Shown: in pieces, positions 11,547 through 21,569 of the stretch
Numbering within the stretch: the first letter of the stretch is position 1
Layout of the letters: each line of letters begins with the position of its first letter
Origin: an uncultured beta proteobacterium
Lineage (GTDB): Bacteria > Pseudomonadota > Gammaproteobacteria > Burkholderiales > Burkholderiaceae_C
Length of the DNA: 64,000 bases
NCBI GenBank assembly: GCA_903906695.1
Contig: CAIVLG010000260.1
Span: 715 to 64,714 of the forward strand
Direction of reading: 5' to 3'
Notes under the pieces: generated by a model
The model's input: only the letters and a program-made list of their open reading frames with translations
What the model was told of the DNA's origin: nothing
Database searches by the model: none
Made by a program: the position numbers and the translations under genes

Positions 11547-12908
11547 TTAGCCAAACAAGCGGTTGATGTCGTTATAAATTGCAATCGACATCATTAACAA
11601 CAGGACCGCAACACCAGCTCGCTGCAAGTGTTCCAACCAAGCGTCAGAAACGGGCTTACCCGTGACCCCTTCCCAAAGATAATACATCAGGTGACCGCCA
11701 TCGAGCACCGGCAGCGGCATCAGATTCAAAACTCCCAAACTGACGCTGATCAGTGCGAGGAACAGCAGGTATTGTGTCACCCCCATGCTCGCCGACTTGC
11801 CGGCATAGTCGGCAATCGTCATCGGACCGCTGAGATTCTTGAGTGATGCCTCGCCAAGCAGCATCTTGCCCATCATCCTCAATGTCATTGACGAAACCTC
11901 CCAGCTGCGAACCACGCCTCGCCAGGAGCCCTCAAGAGCCCCGTACCTGATAACGACCATGTCCGGGACAGTACCCACATAGGCACCAATCTTTCCGACC
12001 CAAAGCCCAGCGACTTTTTCCGGTTCTGGTCTGACGATCAGATTTAACTCGGCGCCATTGCGTGAAATCTTCCAAAGCGCCACAGCGGGTTCCCCCCCCA
12101 CTGCCGAAGACCTGATAAGCCGACGCAACTGCTGCCCGTCAACCACCGCGATTGCGCCGATTTGGCGTACCACATCGCCTTCGCGCAAGCCGCCCCGTTC
12201 GGCCGCCGCTCCGGGCATGATGGCGCCCATCACGGGTCGCGTAAATGGTCCAATAATTCCGATCTTGTGAAACAGCTCGGCATCGACCTCGCTGACATCA
12301 ATCTCACTGACTTTCAACAAAATATCAGTCGAGTCGCCTCTTGATCCACCCGTGACCTGCAGACGCAGGTCTCGCTTCTCCAGCGCACTTTGCGTCAAGA
12401 GCCAGTGAAGGTCTTCAAACGATCGAATGTCGTGCGCTTCGTCGCCGTCAAAACCGGCTCTTTCGACCTTCTCGCCGCCCATCAGTCCGGCGCGCGCAGC
12501 AACCGATCCGACCTCGGGACTTGCCAGAATCGCCGCCGGATACTGCATACCGATCCAATTCACGCAGGCATACAAGAAAATTGCCAGCAGTAGGTTGGCT
12601 GCCGGGCCAGCCGCCACGATGGCGACGCGACAGCGCAGGGGCTGCAAATTAAATGCCAGATGTCGCTCTTGCTCCAGCACGGGTCCTTCACGCTGATCAA
12701 GCATCTTCACATAGCCGCCCAGCGGAAAGGCACAAAGCACAAACTCCGTCGCTGAACGTCTTCCTCGCCATAAGAACAAGGGCTTTCCAAAGCCAATCGA
12801 GAATCGCAGAACTTTGACTCGACACGCCAACGCCATGCGGTAGTGTCCATATTCGTGCACGGCAATCAGCAGCCCGAGGGCGAGAACAAAGGCGGCGGCA
12901 GTCAGCAT
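11547..12908 (-). CDS. rseP: RIP metalloprotease RseP
   Basis: HEYGH zinc motif, PDZ-like region, LNLMPLPVLDGGH. Confidence 0.95.
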   Translation of the reverse strand: MLTAAAFVLALGLLIAVHEYGHYRMALACRVKVLRFSIGFGKPLFLWRGRRSATEFVLCAFPLGGYVKMLDQREGPVLEQERHLAFNLQPLRCRVAIVAAGPAANLLLAIFLYACVNWIGMQYPAAILASPEVGSVAARAGLMGGEKVERAGFDGDEAHDIRSFEDLHWLLTQSALEKRDLRLQVTGGSRGDSTDILLKVSEIDVSEVDAELFHKIGIIGPFTRPVMGAIMPGAAAERGGLREGDVVRQIGAIAVVDGQQLRRLIRSSAVGGEPAVALWKISRNGAELNLIVRPEPEKVAGLWVGKIGAYVGTVPDMVVIRYGALEGSWRGVVRSWEVSSMTLRMMGKMLLGEASLKNLSGPMTIADYAGKSASMGVTQYLLFLALISVSLGVLNLMPLPVLDGGHLMYYLWEGVTGKPVSDAWLEHLQRAGVAVLLLMMSIAIYNDINRLFG

Positions 12909-12934
12909 TCAGCTATAGAGGCCAAGTCGTCGCA

Positions 12935-14146
12935 TCAAAACCGCTTCAGAACCTGCTGCGCAGCGTGGCGTGACTGCTCGTCCAACTCCAACAAGTCCTC
13001 CAATGATTGAGGTCGGACGGGCGTGACGGATTCAAGCGTTTCGAGATTGACGGCATGAATCTGATCAAAGCGAATTTGCCCAGCCAGAAATGCCGCAACC
13101 GCGACCTCGTTGGCGGCATTCAATATGGCAGTAGAGCCGGCGGGCGCCTTGAGAACAGACCACGCCAGCTTGAGTCCGGGAAAACGTTGCGGGTGACCAT
13201 GCGAATCAAGCGATTCAAAGGTTAGGTCTGCCAAGGCGTTGAAATCAAGCGCAGCAGCCCCTGAAGCCATACGGTCGGGCCATGACAGGCCATAGGCAAT
13301 TGGTACCTTCATATCCGGTGTGCCAAGTTGAGCGACGATCGAATTGTCTTTGTACTGCACCATCGAATGGACAATGCTTTGCGGATGGATCACGACCTCA
13401 ATTTGATCCGGATGGATGCCAAAAAGAAAGCGCGCTTCGATCACCTCCAGCGCCTTGTTCATCATGGTCGCGGAATCGACAGAGATTTTTCGTCCCATCA
13501 GCCAATTGGGATGCGCACACGCCTGTTGCGGCGTTACATTGCACAGAGCTTCAGGGTCGAGGCGACGAAACGGTCCACCCGAAGCGGTGAGAATAATCTT
13601 GTTGACCTGGTTCGGCCACGCAGCCACATCATCCGGAAGTGACTGAAAGACAGCGGAATGCTCGCTATCAATGGGCAACAACTTGGCACCTCCCTGGCTC
13701 ACCGTCTGCATAAAATAGTCGCCACCCACCACCAATGCCTCCTTGTTCGCCAACAGCAATCGTTTGCCAGCCCTTGCCGCGGCCAGACAGGGCGCCAACC
13801 CGGCAGCTCCCACGATGGCAGCCATCACCACATCGACCAATTCATGCGATGCAATCATGGCAATCGTTTGCGCTCCCCATAGCACCCGGGTCCGCAAGTT
13901 GAGCTCGCGGCACCTGCGCTCAAGCTCGCGACCGTGTGATTCGCTCGCCATCACAGCGAACAGCGGAGCAAATTGAACGCATTGGCGCAGCATCAAATCG
14001 ATTTGTGTTGCGGCACTCAACGCCACTATTTCAAACCGATTCGAATGCCTCGCAATCACCTCCAAAGTGTTGACGCCAATAGATCCTGTCGATCCCAAAA
14101 TGGCGACGCGCTGTTTGGGCGCCGTCGAGGAGTCTGTCATCGCCAT
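12935..14146 (-). CDS. dxr: 1-deoxy-D-xylulose-5-phosphate reductoisomerase
   Basis: ILGSTGSIG, LANKEALV, PIDSEHSA, MGRKISVDSATMMNKALE. True start is about 14146/14140; the ORF-track extension to 15073 is an alternate frame of cdsA. Confidence 0.95.
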   Translation of the reverse strand: MAMTDSSTAPKQRVAILGSTGSIGVNTLEVIARHSNRFEIVALSAATQIDLMLRQCVQFAPLFAVMASESHGRELERRCRELNLRTRVLWGAQTIAMIASHELVDVVMAAIVGAAGLAPCLAAARAGKRLLLANKEALVVGGDYFMQTVSQGGAKLLPIDSEHSAVFQSLPDDVAAWPNQVNKIILTASGGPFRRLDPEALCNVTPQQACAHPNWLMGRKISVDSATMMNKALEVIEARFLFGIHPDQIEVVIHPQSIVHSMVQYKDNSIVAQLGTPDMKVPIAYGLSWPDRMASGAAALDFNALADLTFESLDSHGHPQRFPGLKLAWSVLKAPAGSTAILNAANEVAVAAFLAGQIRFDQIHAVNLETLESVTPVRPQSLEDLLELDEQSRHAAQQVLKRF

Positions 14147-14148
14147 TT

Positions 14149-14994
14149 TCAGATTGAGCAAAGCATCATTGCCAACGGCAACGTCGGCAGTAGAGCATCG
14201 ATCCGGTCCAGAACACCCCCATGACCAGGCAAGAGGTTGCTGCTGTCCTTGACGCCGGCAGCGCGCTTGACCAGCGACTCGGACAAATCGCCAACCACAC
14301 TCATGGCGTCCAGGAACAGGACTCCCGCCAGCAGATACAAGCCGCCTTTCTTCCCCAGATGACTGTACAGACTGGGAACCGATATGCCCGAAGCAGCGTC
14401 CGCCCACTGCCATCCGAAAGCCAAAATGCCAACGCCCAGCATGCCGCCCCAGACACCCTCCCAGCTCTTCCCGGGACTGATGCTGGGCGCCAGTTTCTCG
14501 CGACTGAAACGACCTCCAAATGCTCGTCCTGAAAAATAGGCAAAGATGTCCGCCACCCACACCAGGACCAGTATCGAAAGCAGGAAGTTGACGCCAATCA
14601 CCCGCGCTTGCGCGACTGCCAGCCAGGCCAGCCAGAGCACAAGCACGCCTGCCAACAGACGCACCGCTTTCGACTGGGCGGCCCATGTCGACGCGCCTCG
14701 GTATAGAACCCAAGAGCCAGCGAGTACCCAGCCAAAACCAGCCATCGCCCACAACCAGGTCGTTGTCTGGTCCAGCATGCCCAGTGCCCAGGCTGCAATA
14801 CAAAGGAAGAAGCAGCCCGCACCAGCGAGAACCGAGACGCGTTGACCATGGCCGTTGAGCCGGGCCCACTCCCACCCGCCCGCAGCGATCAAGATGAGGG
14901 CGACCAGACAAAACGGCACCGGGGAGCGGTAAAACAGAGCCGGCAGCAAGACCAGCAGTAACAGGATGGCTGTGATAACTCGCTGTTTCAGCAT
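14149..14994 (-). CDS. cdsA: Phosphatidate cytidylyltransferase
   Basis: Multi-TM protein with SPGKSWEG and GDLSESLVKRAAGVKDSSNLLPGHGGVLDRID. Confidence 0.95.
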   Translation of the reverse strand: MLKQRVITAILLLLVLLPALFYRSPVPFCLVALILIAAGGWEWARLNGHGQRVSVLAGAGCFFLCIAAWALGMLDQTTTWLWAMAGFGWVLAGSWVLYRGASTWAAQSKAVRLLAGVLVLWLAWLAVAQARVIGVNFLLSILVLVWVADIFAYFSGRAFGGRFSREKLAPSISPGKSWEGVWGGMLGVGILAFGWQWADAASGISVPSLYSHLGKKGGLYLLAGVLFLDAMSVVGDLSESLVKRAAGVKDSSNLLPGHGGVLDRIDALLPTLPLAMMLCSI

Positions 14995-15002
14995 CGTCTT
15001 CC

Positions 15003-15737
15003 CTATGACCCCATGGACGCCAGTGCGACGATTTGATCCGATGTTCTGCCAAAGCGCCGTTCACGTTGACCAAAGGACGCTATTGCCAAATCCAGCTCGG
15101 CCTCGTCAAACTCCGGCCAAAGGCTATCACTGAAGTAGAACTCCGAGTAGGCTGACTGCCAGAGCAAGAAATTGCTGATCCGCTGCTCGCCACCGGTACG
15201 GATGACCAGATCTGGGTCCGCAACGTGCGCCATGGCCATCGCCTGACCCAGCGCAACTTCGGTGAATTGAACACCCTGGGCCGCCAATCTTGCGGCGGCC
15301 TGAACAATGTCCCAGCGACCGCCGTAATTGAAACAGATGTTCAGAATCAAGCGCGTATTGGAGGTCGTGGCCGACTCCGCTTTTCTTATGCCCGCAACCA
15401 CTTTCGGTGATAGACCGGCCCGGTTTCCAACAAAATGCAGCTGAACGCCATCAACCATGAGCTGCGGCAGTTCCCGCGTCAGAGCCATGTTGAAAAGTGC
15501 CATCAGACCGGCCACTTCCTCCTCAGGCCGGTTCCAGTTTTCTGAAGAAAAGGCAAATACTGTCAGCACCTTGACGCCGCGCTGCGCGCAAGCTTTGACG
15601 CACCGACGTAGCGACACTACCCCCTGTTTGTGACCGGCCGCTCTGGGCAGGTACCGCTTTGACGCCCAGCGCCCATTTCCATCCATTACGATGGCAATAT
15701 GATGAGGCACAAGATTCATGGCAATGGTGACAGTCAC
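15003..15737 (-). CDS. uppS: Undecaprenyl diphosphate synthase
   Basis: [43 protein letters not shown]. Confidence 0.95.
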   Translation of the reverse strand: MTVTIAMNLVPHHIAIVMDGNGRWASKRYLPRAAGHKQGVVSLRRCVKACAQRGVKVLTVFAFSSENWNRPEEEVAGLMALFNMALTRELPQLMVDGVQLHFVGNRAGLSPKVVAGIRKAESATTSNTRLILNICFNYGGRWDIVQAAARLAAQGVQFTEVALGQAMAMAHVADPDLVIRTGGEQRISNFLLWQSAYSEFYFSDSLWPEFDEAELDLAIASFGQRERRFGRTSDQIVALASMGS

Positions 15738-16294
15738 ACCGCCATGATGTCTTGCTCTTTTGCGGTGACGAGTCGATCAATCTCAATGACGTGCCTGTCG
15801 GTTACCTTCTGTATTTCCGCCTCAGATCGTTTTTGGTCGTCTTCGGAGGCGTGTTTGTCCTTGACCGCTTTCTTGATCGCCTCGTTGGCATCACGCCGCA
15901 GATTGCGCAACGCGATCTTGGCACTTTCACCTTCATGTCTGACGACTTTTGTGAGTTCCTTGCGTCGTTCCTCTGACATGGCCGGCATCGGAACCCGTAT
16001 CAAGTCCCCCATGGACGAGGGATTCAGTCCGAGATCACTGTCGCGAATCGCCTTTTCGATCTTAGCCCCCATCCCTTTCTCCCAGGGTTGGACACTGATG
16101 GTACGGGCATCGAGCAAGGATACATTGGCAACCTGACCAATCGGCAACATGGCACCGTAGTAATCAACATGGACGGTATCCAGCAATGCCGGATTAGCTC
16201 GCCCGGTTCTGATCTTGCTCAGGTTGTTCTTGAATGCGCTGATGGATTGATCCATCTTGACTTCAATCGTCTGTCTGATCTCGGAAATCGGCAC
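15734..16294 (-). CDS. frr: Ribosome recycling factor
   Basis: [25 protein letters not shown]. Confidence 0.97.
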   Translation of the reverse strand: MPISEIRQTIEVKMDQSISAFKNNLSKIRTGRANPALLDTVHVDYYGAMLPIGQVANVSLLDARTISVQPWEKGMGAKIEKAIRDSDLGLNPSSMGDLIRVPMPAMSEERRKELTKVVRHEGESAKIALRNLRRDANEAIKKAVKDKHASEDDQKRSEAEIQKVTDRHVIEIDRLVTAKEQDIMAV

Positions 16295-16355
16295 GTCTGA
16301 CTCCTTACTCGACTAATTCACGATACGCTAGTCGCCAAGAGCAATTTTGACACAA

Positions 16356-17078
16356 TCAGGCATAGACCAGAGTGCCCTCGTCTTCGCCCATCACGACACG
16401 TCTGAGAGCACCATGCTTGAAAATGGAAAACACCTTGACGGGCAATTTTTGGTCTCGGCACAAGGCAAATGCGGTAGCGTCCATGATGCCCAAGTTTTGG
16501 GCCATTGCATCATCGAAGGTAATCTTGCTGTACCGGAGCGCGGCGGGATCCTTCTTTGGATCCGCTGTGTAGACGCCATCAACTTTGGTTGCTTTTAGAA
16601 CGATTTCAGCACCTATTTCCGCACCGCGCAGCGCCGCTGCCGTATCTGTTGTGAAGAATGGATTGCCGGTTCCGGCCGCAAAAATAACGACCTTCCCTTC
16701 TTCAAGGTATTGCAGGGCCTTCGGTCTGACATAGGGCTCGACCACTTGTTCAATGGCAATTGCCGACATGACGCGCGCAACCAAACCCGCCTTGTTCATC
16801 GTGTCGCCCAGAGCCAGCGCATTCATGACCGTGGCCAGCATGCCCATGTAGTCAGCCGTTGCCCGGTCCATTCCAACGGAGCCTCCCGCCACGCCCCGAA
16901 ATATGTTTCCGCCACCAATCACCACCGCGACTTCCACACCAAGGCGTGTGACTTCAGCGATCTCCTCGACCATCCGGACAATCGTATTTCGGTTGATCCC
17001 GAATTGATCGTCCCCCATCAGCGCCTCGCCTGACAGCTTGAGCAATATCCGCTTGTAGGCTGGTTTGGTGGCGGGCAT
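16356..17078 (-). CDS. pyrH: UMP kinase
   Basis: [35 protein letters not shown]. Start 17078 preferred (17099 possible). Confidence 0.96.
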   Translation of the reverse strand: MPATKPAYKRILLKLSGEALMGDDQFGINRNTIVRMVEEIAEVTRLGVEVAVVIGGGNIFRGVAGGSVGMDRATADYMGMLATVMNALALGDTMNKAGLVARVMSAIAIEQVVEPYVRPKALQYLEEGKVVIFAAGTGNPFFTTDTAAALRGAEIGAEIVLKATKVDGVYTADPKKDPAALRYSKITFDDAMAQNLGIMDATAFALCRDQKLPVKVFSIFKHGALRRVVMGEDEGTLVYA

Positions 17079-17095
17079 ATGAATCTTTCCGAGGG

Positions 17096-18019
17096 TCAAT
17101 TCGATTGCTTGGCAGCGGCGACTTGCGCAGCGACTTCAGCAGCAAAGTCGTCTACTTTCCGTTCGATACCTTCGCCAACCACATACAGCGTGAAGCTCTT
17201 GACGACAGTGCCGGCTGCCTTAAGCATCTGCTCAACTGATTGCTTGTCATTCTTGACAAAGGCCTGGTTGAACAGTGAAACTTCTCGCAGGAATTTCTGC
17301 ACACTGCCATCAATCCGCTTGGCCACAATCTCGGCAGACTGGACCGGCTTGCCGGCAGCTGTGGCCACCGAGGCATCTTCGGCGGCTTTGGCTGCTGCAA
17401 CCGAACGCTCCCTGGCCACCAGTTCCGAAGGTACATCAGCGCTCGAAAGTGCCACAGGTTTCATGGCCGCCACGTGCATCGCCACATCCTTCGCCGCCAA
17501 TTCGTCGCCCTCGTATTCGACCACAACGCCAATGCGCGTCCCGTGGAGATAAGATGCCAACTTGTTGCCAGTGCCAAAACGTTTGAAACGGCGAAAGCTC
17601 ATGTTCTCGCCAATCTTGCCGATCAGCCCTTTACGCACATCCTCCAGCGTCGGTCCGAAGCCGTCTTGAGCATACGGCAGAGCGCCAAGCGCAGCAATGT
17701 CAATTGGATCGTTCTTGGCAACCAACGCAACCGCCGCGTTGGCCAGAGCCAAGAAGCTATCGTTCTTGGTGACAAAGTCGGTTTCGCAATTGACTTCGAG
17801 CAGGGCGCCCACAGTACCCTCTATATATCGAGTGACGACACCCTCCGCGGTAATACGTCCCGCCGCCTTCCCGGCCTTGCTGCCCAGCTTTACGCGCAGC
17901 AATTCTTCAGCCTTTGCCATGTCGCCCTGTGCCTCGGTCAATGCGCGCTTGCACTCCATCATCGGTGCATCGGTCTTGCCGCGCAGTTCGGCAACCATGC
18001 TTGCGGTTATTGCAGTCAT
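17096..18019 (-). CDS. tsf: Translation elongation factor Ts
   Basis: [23 protein letters not shown]. Confidence 0.97.
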   Translation of the reverse strand: MTAITASMVAELRGKTDAPMMECKRALTEAQGDMAKAEELLRVKLGSKAGKAAGRITAEGVVTRYIEGTVGALLEVNCETDFVTKNDSFLALANAAVALVAKNDPIDIAALGALPYAQDGFGPTLEDVRKGLIGKIGENMSFRRFKRFGTGNKLASYLHGTRIGVVVEYEGDELAAKDVAMHVAAMKPVALSSADVPSELVARERSVAAAKAAEDASVATAAGKPVQSAEIVAKRIDGSVQKFLREVSLFNQAFVKNDKQSVEQMLKAAGTVVKSFTLYVVGEGIERKVDDFAAEVAAQVAAAKQSN

Positions 18020-18061
18020 CTTGATTCTCCGTACTCAGTTCAGTAGATTTACATCGCAAAT

Positions 18062-18090
18062 AAAGAAAAGGGGGCACAACAGCCCCCTTC
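18062..18090 (-). terminator. Intrinsic terminator/attenuator between rpsB and tsf
   Basis: AAGGGGGC 18068-18075 / GCCCCCTT 18082-18089 stem, followed on the minus strand by TTTTCTTT. Confidence 0.75.
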
Positions 18091-18108
18091 ATTGGGGAAC
18101 GCGACGAC

Positions 18109-18861
18109 TCAGACAGCCGTTTCATCCACTTCAACAAATTCATCAGCGGTCTCAGAGGCAATCGCCTTGACCACATCGTCAACCATATTGGTTCTACCTT
18201 CGATGATCGCATCGGCAATGCCACGCGCATACAGGATCACCGCCTTCGAAGAATCGTCATTGCCAGGCACAACGTAGTCAATGCCTTCAGGCGAGTGATT
18301 CGTGTCCACCACCGCAATCAGGGGAATGCCAAGCTTCTTTGCTTCAGCAACCGCGATTTTATGAAAACCGACATCAATCACAAAAATGGCGTCTGGCAAT
18401 ACCGACATATCCTGAATGCCGCCGATGTCTCTTTCTAACTTGGCAAGTTCACGTGCAAACATCAGTTGTTCTTTCTTGCTAAGACTGTCGAGTCCAGCTT
18501 CCTGCTGCACCTTCATGTCCTTGAGACGCTTGATTGAAGTCTTAACAGTTTTAAAGTTTGTCAGCATGCCACCGAGCCAACGCTGATCAACATAAGGAAC
18601 GCCGGCACGCAGCGCCTGCTCAGCCACAGTTTCCCGCGCCTGCCGTTTGGTACCGACCATCAACACCGTGCCACGCTTGGCAGCGATTTGGCGCACAAAC
18701 TTGGCTGCCTCTTGAAACATCGGCAGCGACTTTTCCAGGTTGATGATGTGGATCTTGTTGCGATGGCCAAATATGAAGGGCGCCATCTTGGGGTTCCAGA
18801 AGCGGGTTTGGTGCCCAAAATGGACACCAGCTTCCAGCATTTCGCGCATGGTAACTGACAT
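18109..18861 (-). CDS. rpsB: 30S ribosomal protein S2
   Basis: [41 protein letters not shown]. Confidence 0.98.
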   Translation of the reverse strand: MSVTMREMLEAGVHFGHQTRFWNPKMAPFIFGHRNKIHIINLEKSLPMFQEAAKFVRQIAAKRGTVLMVGTKRQARETVAEQALRAGVPYVDQRWLGGMLTNFKTVKTSIKRLKDMKVQQEAGLDSLSKKEQLMFARELAKLERDIGGIQDMSVLPDAIFVIDVGFHKIAVAEAKKLGIPLIAVVDTNHSPEGIDYVVPGNDDSSKAVILYARGIADAIIEGRTNMVDDVVKAIASETADEFVEVDETAV

Positions 18862-18965
18862 GTTTAACTCCAAAGGTTAGGTCTAAAATCCAGTTTATTT
18901 TGCAATTCCGACGGCACTTTCAGGTTTGCCGTCGATCATCGCAACACCTTGATGAAACTGGTTTG
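18862..18965 (-). ncRNA. rpsB 5' leader (t44/S2-autoregulatory-like structured RNA)
   Basis: Nested stems: CCAGTTT 18890-18896 / AAACTGG 18956-18962; TTGC 18900-18903 / GCAA 18942-18945; CGACGGCA 18909-18916 / TGCCGTCG 18928-18935. Position matches the known S2 leader. Confidence 0.6.
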
Positions 18966-19042
18966 CTGATTTGTTTTCCAAACAGTCAGTTGACCACTCG
19001 GTAAAACCCGTGAATGATAGCATAGACCAGTCTGCCACTTTC

Positions 19043-20380
19043 ATGCCTCTAGACCTTCGCGCCACCTTGCTGCGGATACGCGGCGGACAGACCGACCCGA
19101 TAGCGGAGATCGAGCACGCGATCCGTGTCGCCCGATCTCCATGCTGCAATGGTGCCTTTCTAAAAACAACATTTGACCTTGCCCGAACCGTCGCCAGTGC
19201 GCCTGGCGTTCGGCAAAAACCGCTGGGCGGGCTGGCCGTCTCGATCAAGGACTTGTTCGATGTGGCCGGGCAAGTCACCAGCGGTGGTTCCTTGGTATTA
19301 CAGAACGTGCCACCTGCCAGTAACGACAGTCCAGCCGTTGCCCGACTCCGACGCGCAGGCGCCGCCTTCGTTGGACGCACCAACATGGTCGAATTTGCGT
19401 TCTCTGGGGTTGGGATCAATCCGCACTTTGGTACGCCGATCAATCCGTGTTCCAGCGATGCCCCTCTTGTCCCGGGAGGCTCTTCATCGGGCGCTGCTGT
19501 TTCGGTGGCAACTGGCGCTGCATTCATCGGACTGGGATCCGACACTGGCGGGTCTATCCGTATTCCGGCAGCACTTACCGGTATCGTGGGTTTCAAGAAT
19601 ACTGCAAGACTCACGCCGACGGATGGAACTTTGCCCCTGTCCACTACGCTGGACACCGCTTGCGCCCTTACTCGCAGCGTCGAGGATGCCATTCTGGCTC
19701 ACGAGTTATTAGCTCAGCGACAGGTAGCGCGCAGTCCGGCTCCGTTGAGTGCATATCGACTGGCCATCTGCAAGACGACCATGCTCGACGGCCTTGACGT
19801 TACAGTCGCGCGGGCTTGGCAGCGCACCATTGAGACTCTTGGACGGGCAGGTGCCCGCATCGACGATCTGGAGTTGACCGAGATCGTCGAACTTCAGCAA
19901 ATTCAGGCAAAGGGCGGGTTTTCGGCTGCCGAAAGCTATGCATGGCACCGCCATCTCCTTGGCAAAGTAGGAGACAGCTACGACCCGCGCGTCGCCTCCC
20001 GCATCCGGCGCGGAGCGGACATGAGCGCTTGCGATTACATTGATTTGCTGGGTGCGCGGCGAAGTTGGATCGACAAGATGACAGTGGCGATGCGGGGCTA
20101 TGACGCGATCCTGTCGCCGACCGTTCCATTGATAGCGCCACCGATTGAAAACGTCGCGCCGGGCGCGCAACGCGATGAAGCATTTTTTCGGATCAACGCC
20201 ATGCTTCTCAGAAACACGAGTGTTGTTAACATGTTGGACGGCTGCGCGATCTCGATACCTTGCCACATAAAAGGCGAACTGCCGGTCGGTTTGATGGTTT
20301 GGGCCGGTGCCATGCGCGATGACGTGGTGCTCAACATAGCGTCTCGAGTAGAGGAATTGCTCAGAACAATGTTGCTGTGA
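19043..20380 (+). CDS. Amidase-signature family protein
   Basis: SIKDLFD, GGSSSG, GSDTGGSIRIPA (Ser-cisSer-Lys triad). Start 19043 preferred over 18971. Confidence 0.9.
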   Translation: MPLDLRATLLRIRGGQTDPIAEIEHAIRVARSPCCNGAFLKTTFDLARTVASAPGVRQKPLGGLAVSIKDLFDVAGQVTSGGSLVLQNVPPASNDSPAVARLRRAGAAFVGRTNMVEFAFSGVGINPHFGTPINPCSSDAPLVPGGSSSGAAVSVATGAAFIGLGSDTGGSIRIPAALTGIVGFKNTARLTPTDGTLPLSTTLDTACALTRSVEDAILAHELLAQRQVARSPAPLSAYRLAICKTTMLDGLDVTVARAWQRTIETLGRAGARIDDLELTEIVELQQIQAKGGFSAAESYAWHRHLLGKVGDSYDPRVASRIRRGADMSACDYIDLLGARRSWIDKMTVAMRGYDAILSPTVPLIAPPIENVAPGAQRDEAFFRINAMLLRNTSVVNMLDGCAISIPCHIKGELPVGLMVWAGAMRDDVVLNIASRVEELLRTMLL

Positions 20381-20393
20381 AAGCGTTTCCCTC

Positions 20394-20553
20394 ATGGGAA
20401 TCGCAGTCATTGGCACCGGTATTGTCGGCTTTACTTCAGCCCGTGATAAATTTCGGTCATGGATCGAGTGGTATGGCGCTGAGTTCCGGCTTAGCCAGAA
20501 TCCTCGCAGGCCTGATGGGCGACAGAGCGCACAAAATCGACGTCGCGGCATAG
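20394..20553 (+). pseudogene. Internally deleted D-amino acid dehydrogenase (DadA-like) relic
   Basis: 20394 starts MGIAVIGTGIVGFTSA (FAD-binding GxGxxG). A different frame from 20449 reads NFGHGSSGMALSSGLARILAGLMGDRAHKIDVAA* (DadA C-terminal GHGxxG motif). The middle of the gene is absent. Confidence 0.75.
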
Positions 20554-20681
20554 GGGGTCCAGCGGCTGCGCGCATAATCTACGCAACTATTCGCAAGCTC
20601 TACACTCCCCACCAAGGAGTTCTGTTTGACGTCATTTCATTTGGAAAAGTCAAATTCTTTCGATACTTTTCAGGACAGGAC

Positions 20682-21569
20682 ATGAAGGTTAAATTCTGGG
20701 GCGTACGCGGTTCGATTCCTTCACCCGGACCGAACACAGTGCGTTATGGTGGCAATACCACTTGCATCGAGGTTCGCACGGACGACAATGAGCTAATCAT
20801 CGTCGATGCTGGCACTGGCATTTTTCCTCTCTCCCAATCTTTACTGGGTGAAATGCCGCTGACTGCCAACGTCCTGATCTCACACTCGCACTGGGATCAT
20901 ATTCAGGGCCTCCCATTCTTTGCGCCAAACTTTATACCGGGCAACGTATTGCGTTTGCACGGCGCCTTTGACCCGGAATCTGGCAAGGGTGTTGAGCAGG
21001 TTATGTCGGTGCAGCTGCAATACAGCTATTTCCCGGTGCGCGAATCCGAGATGAAAGCGCGAATTGAATATGTCACACTGGCCGCGGAGACAAGCATCCA
21101 AATCGGTAGCGCCACCATCACTCCGCATTTAATGAACCATCCAGTCATTAACTTTGCATACCGGATTGAAGCCAATGGAAAATCAATATTCATAACCGGT
21201 GACCACGAGCCGCCGCAAAACATTTATGAGCCGGGCGAGTCGGAATATGCTGCATACCAAAACCTTGTCGACAGCAGAAACAAGGTTATCCTGCGGGCGA
21301 TGCGCGGGGTCGATGTGTTGATTGCCGACTGCTCGTACACCGAGCAGGAGTACCCTGAAAAAAGGGGCTGGGGGCACGGAACTTTCAGCTCCAGCATCCA
21401 ATACGCAGTCGATGCCGGCGCCAAAGTTCTTTTTTGTACCCACCACGAACCCACGCGCAGCGACGCCGCATTGGAAGCTGCATTTCAAGAGGTTCTGACC
21501 AATCACCCGCCGCAGCCGGGTGGCCCGACCTATCGTCTGGCGAGAGAAGGTGAAACCTACGAGTTTTGA
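20682..21569 (+). CDS. MBL-fold metallo-hydrolase (RNase Z/Lactamase_B_2-like)
   Basis: MKVKFWGVRGSIPSPG, YGGNTTC, HSHWDH (HxHxDH), GWGH, THHEP. RBS CAGGA precedes ATG 20682. Confidence 0.88.
   Translation: MKVKFWGVRGSIPSPGPNTVRYGGNTTCIEVRTDDNELIIVDAGTGIFPLSQSLLGEMPLTANVLISHSHWDHIQGLPFFAPNFIPGNVLRLHGAFDPESGKGVEQVMSVQLQYSYFPVRESEMKARIEYVTLAAETSIQIGSATITPHLMNHPVINFAYRIEANGKSIFITGDHEPPQNIYEPGESEYAAYQNLVDSRNKVILRAMRGVDVLIADCSYTEQEYPEKRGWGHGTFSSSIQYAVDAGAKVLFCTHHEPTRSDAALEAAFQEVLTNHPPQPGGPTYRLAREGETYEF

Noticed and set aside
14147-15073. Apparent 310-aa N-terminal extension of Dxr (712-aa ORF)
   Set aside because: It is a stop-free alternate frame over cdsA; Dxr similarity begins at about 14146.
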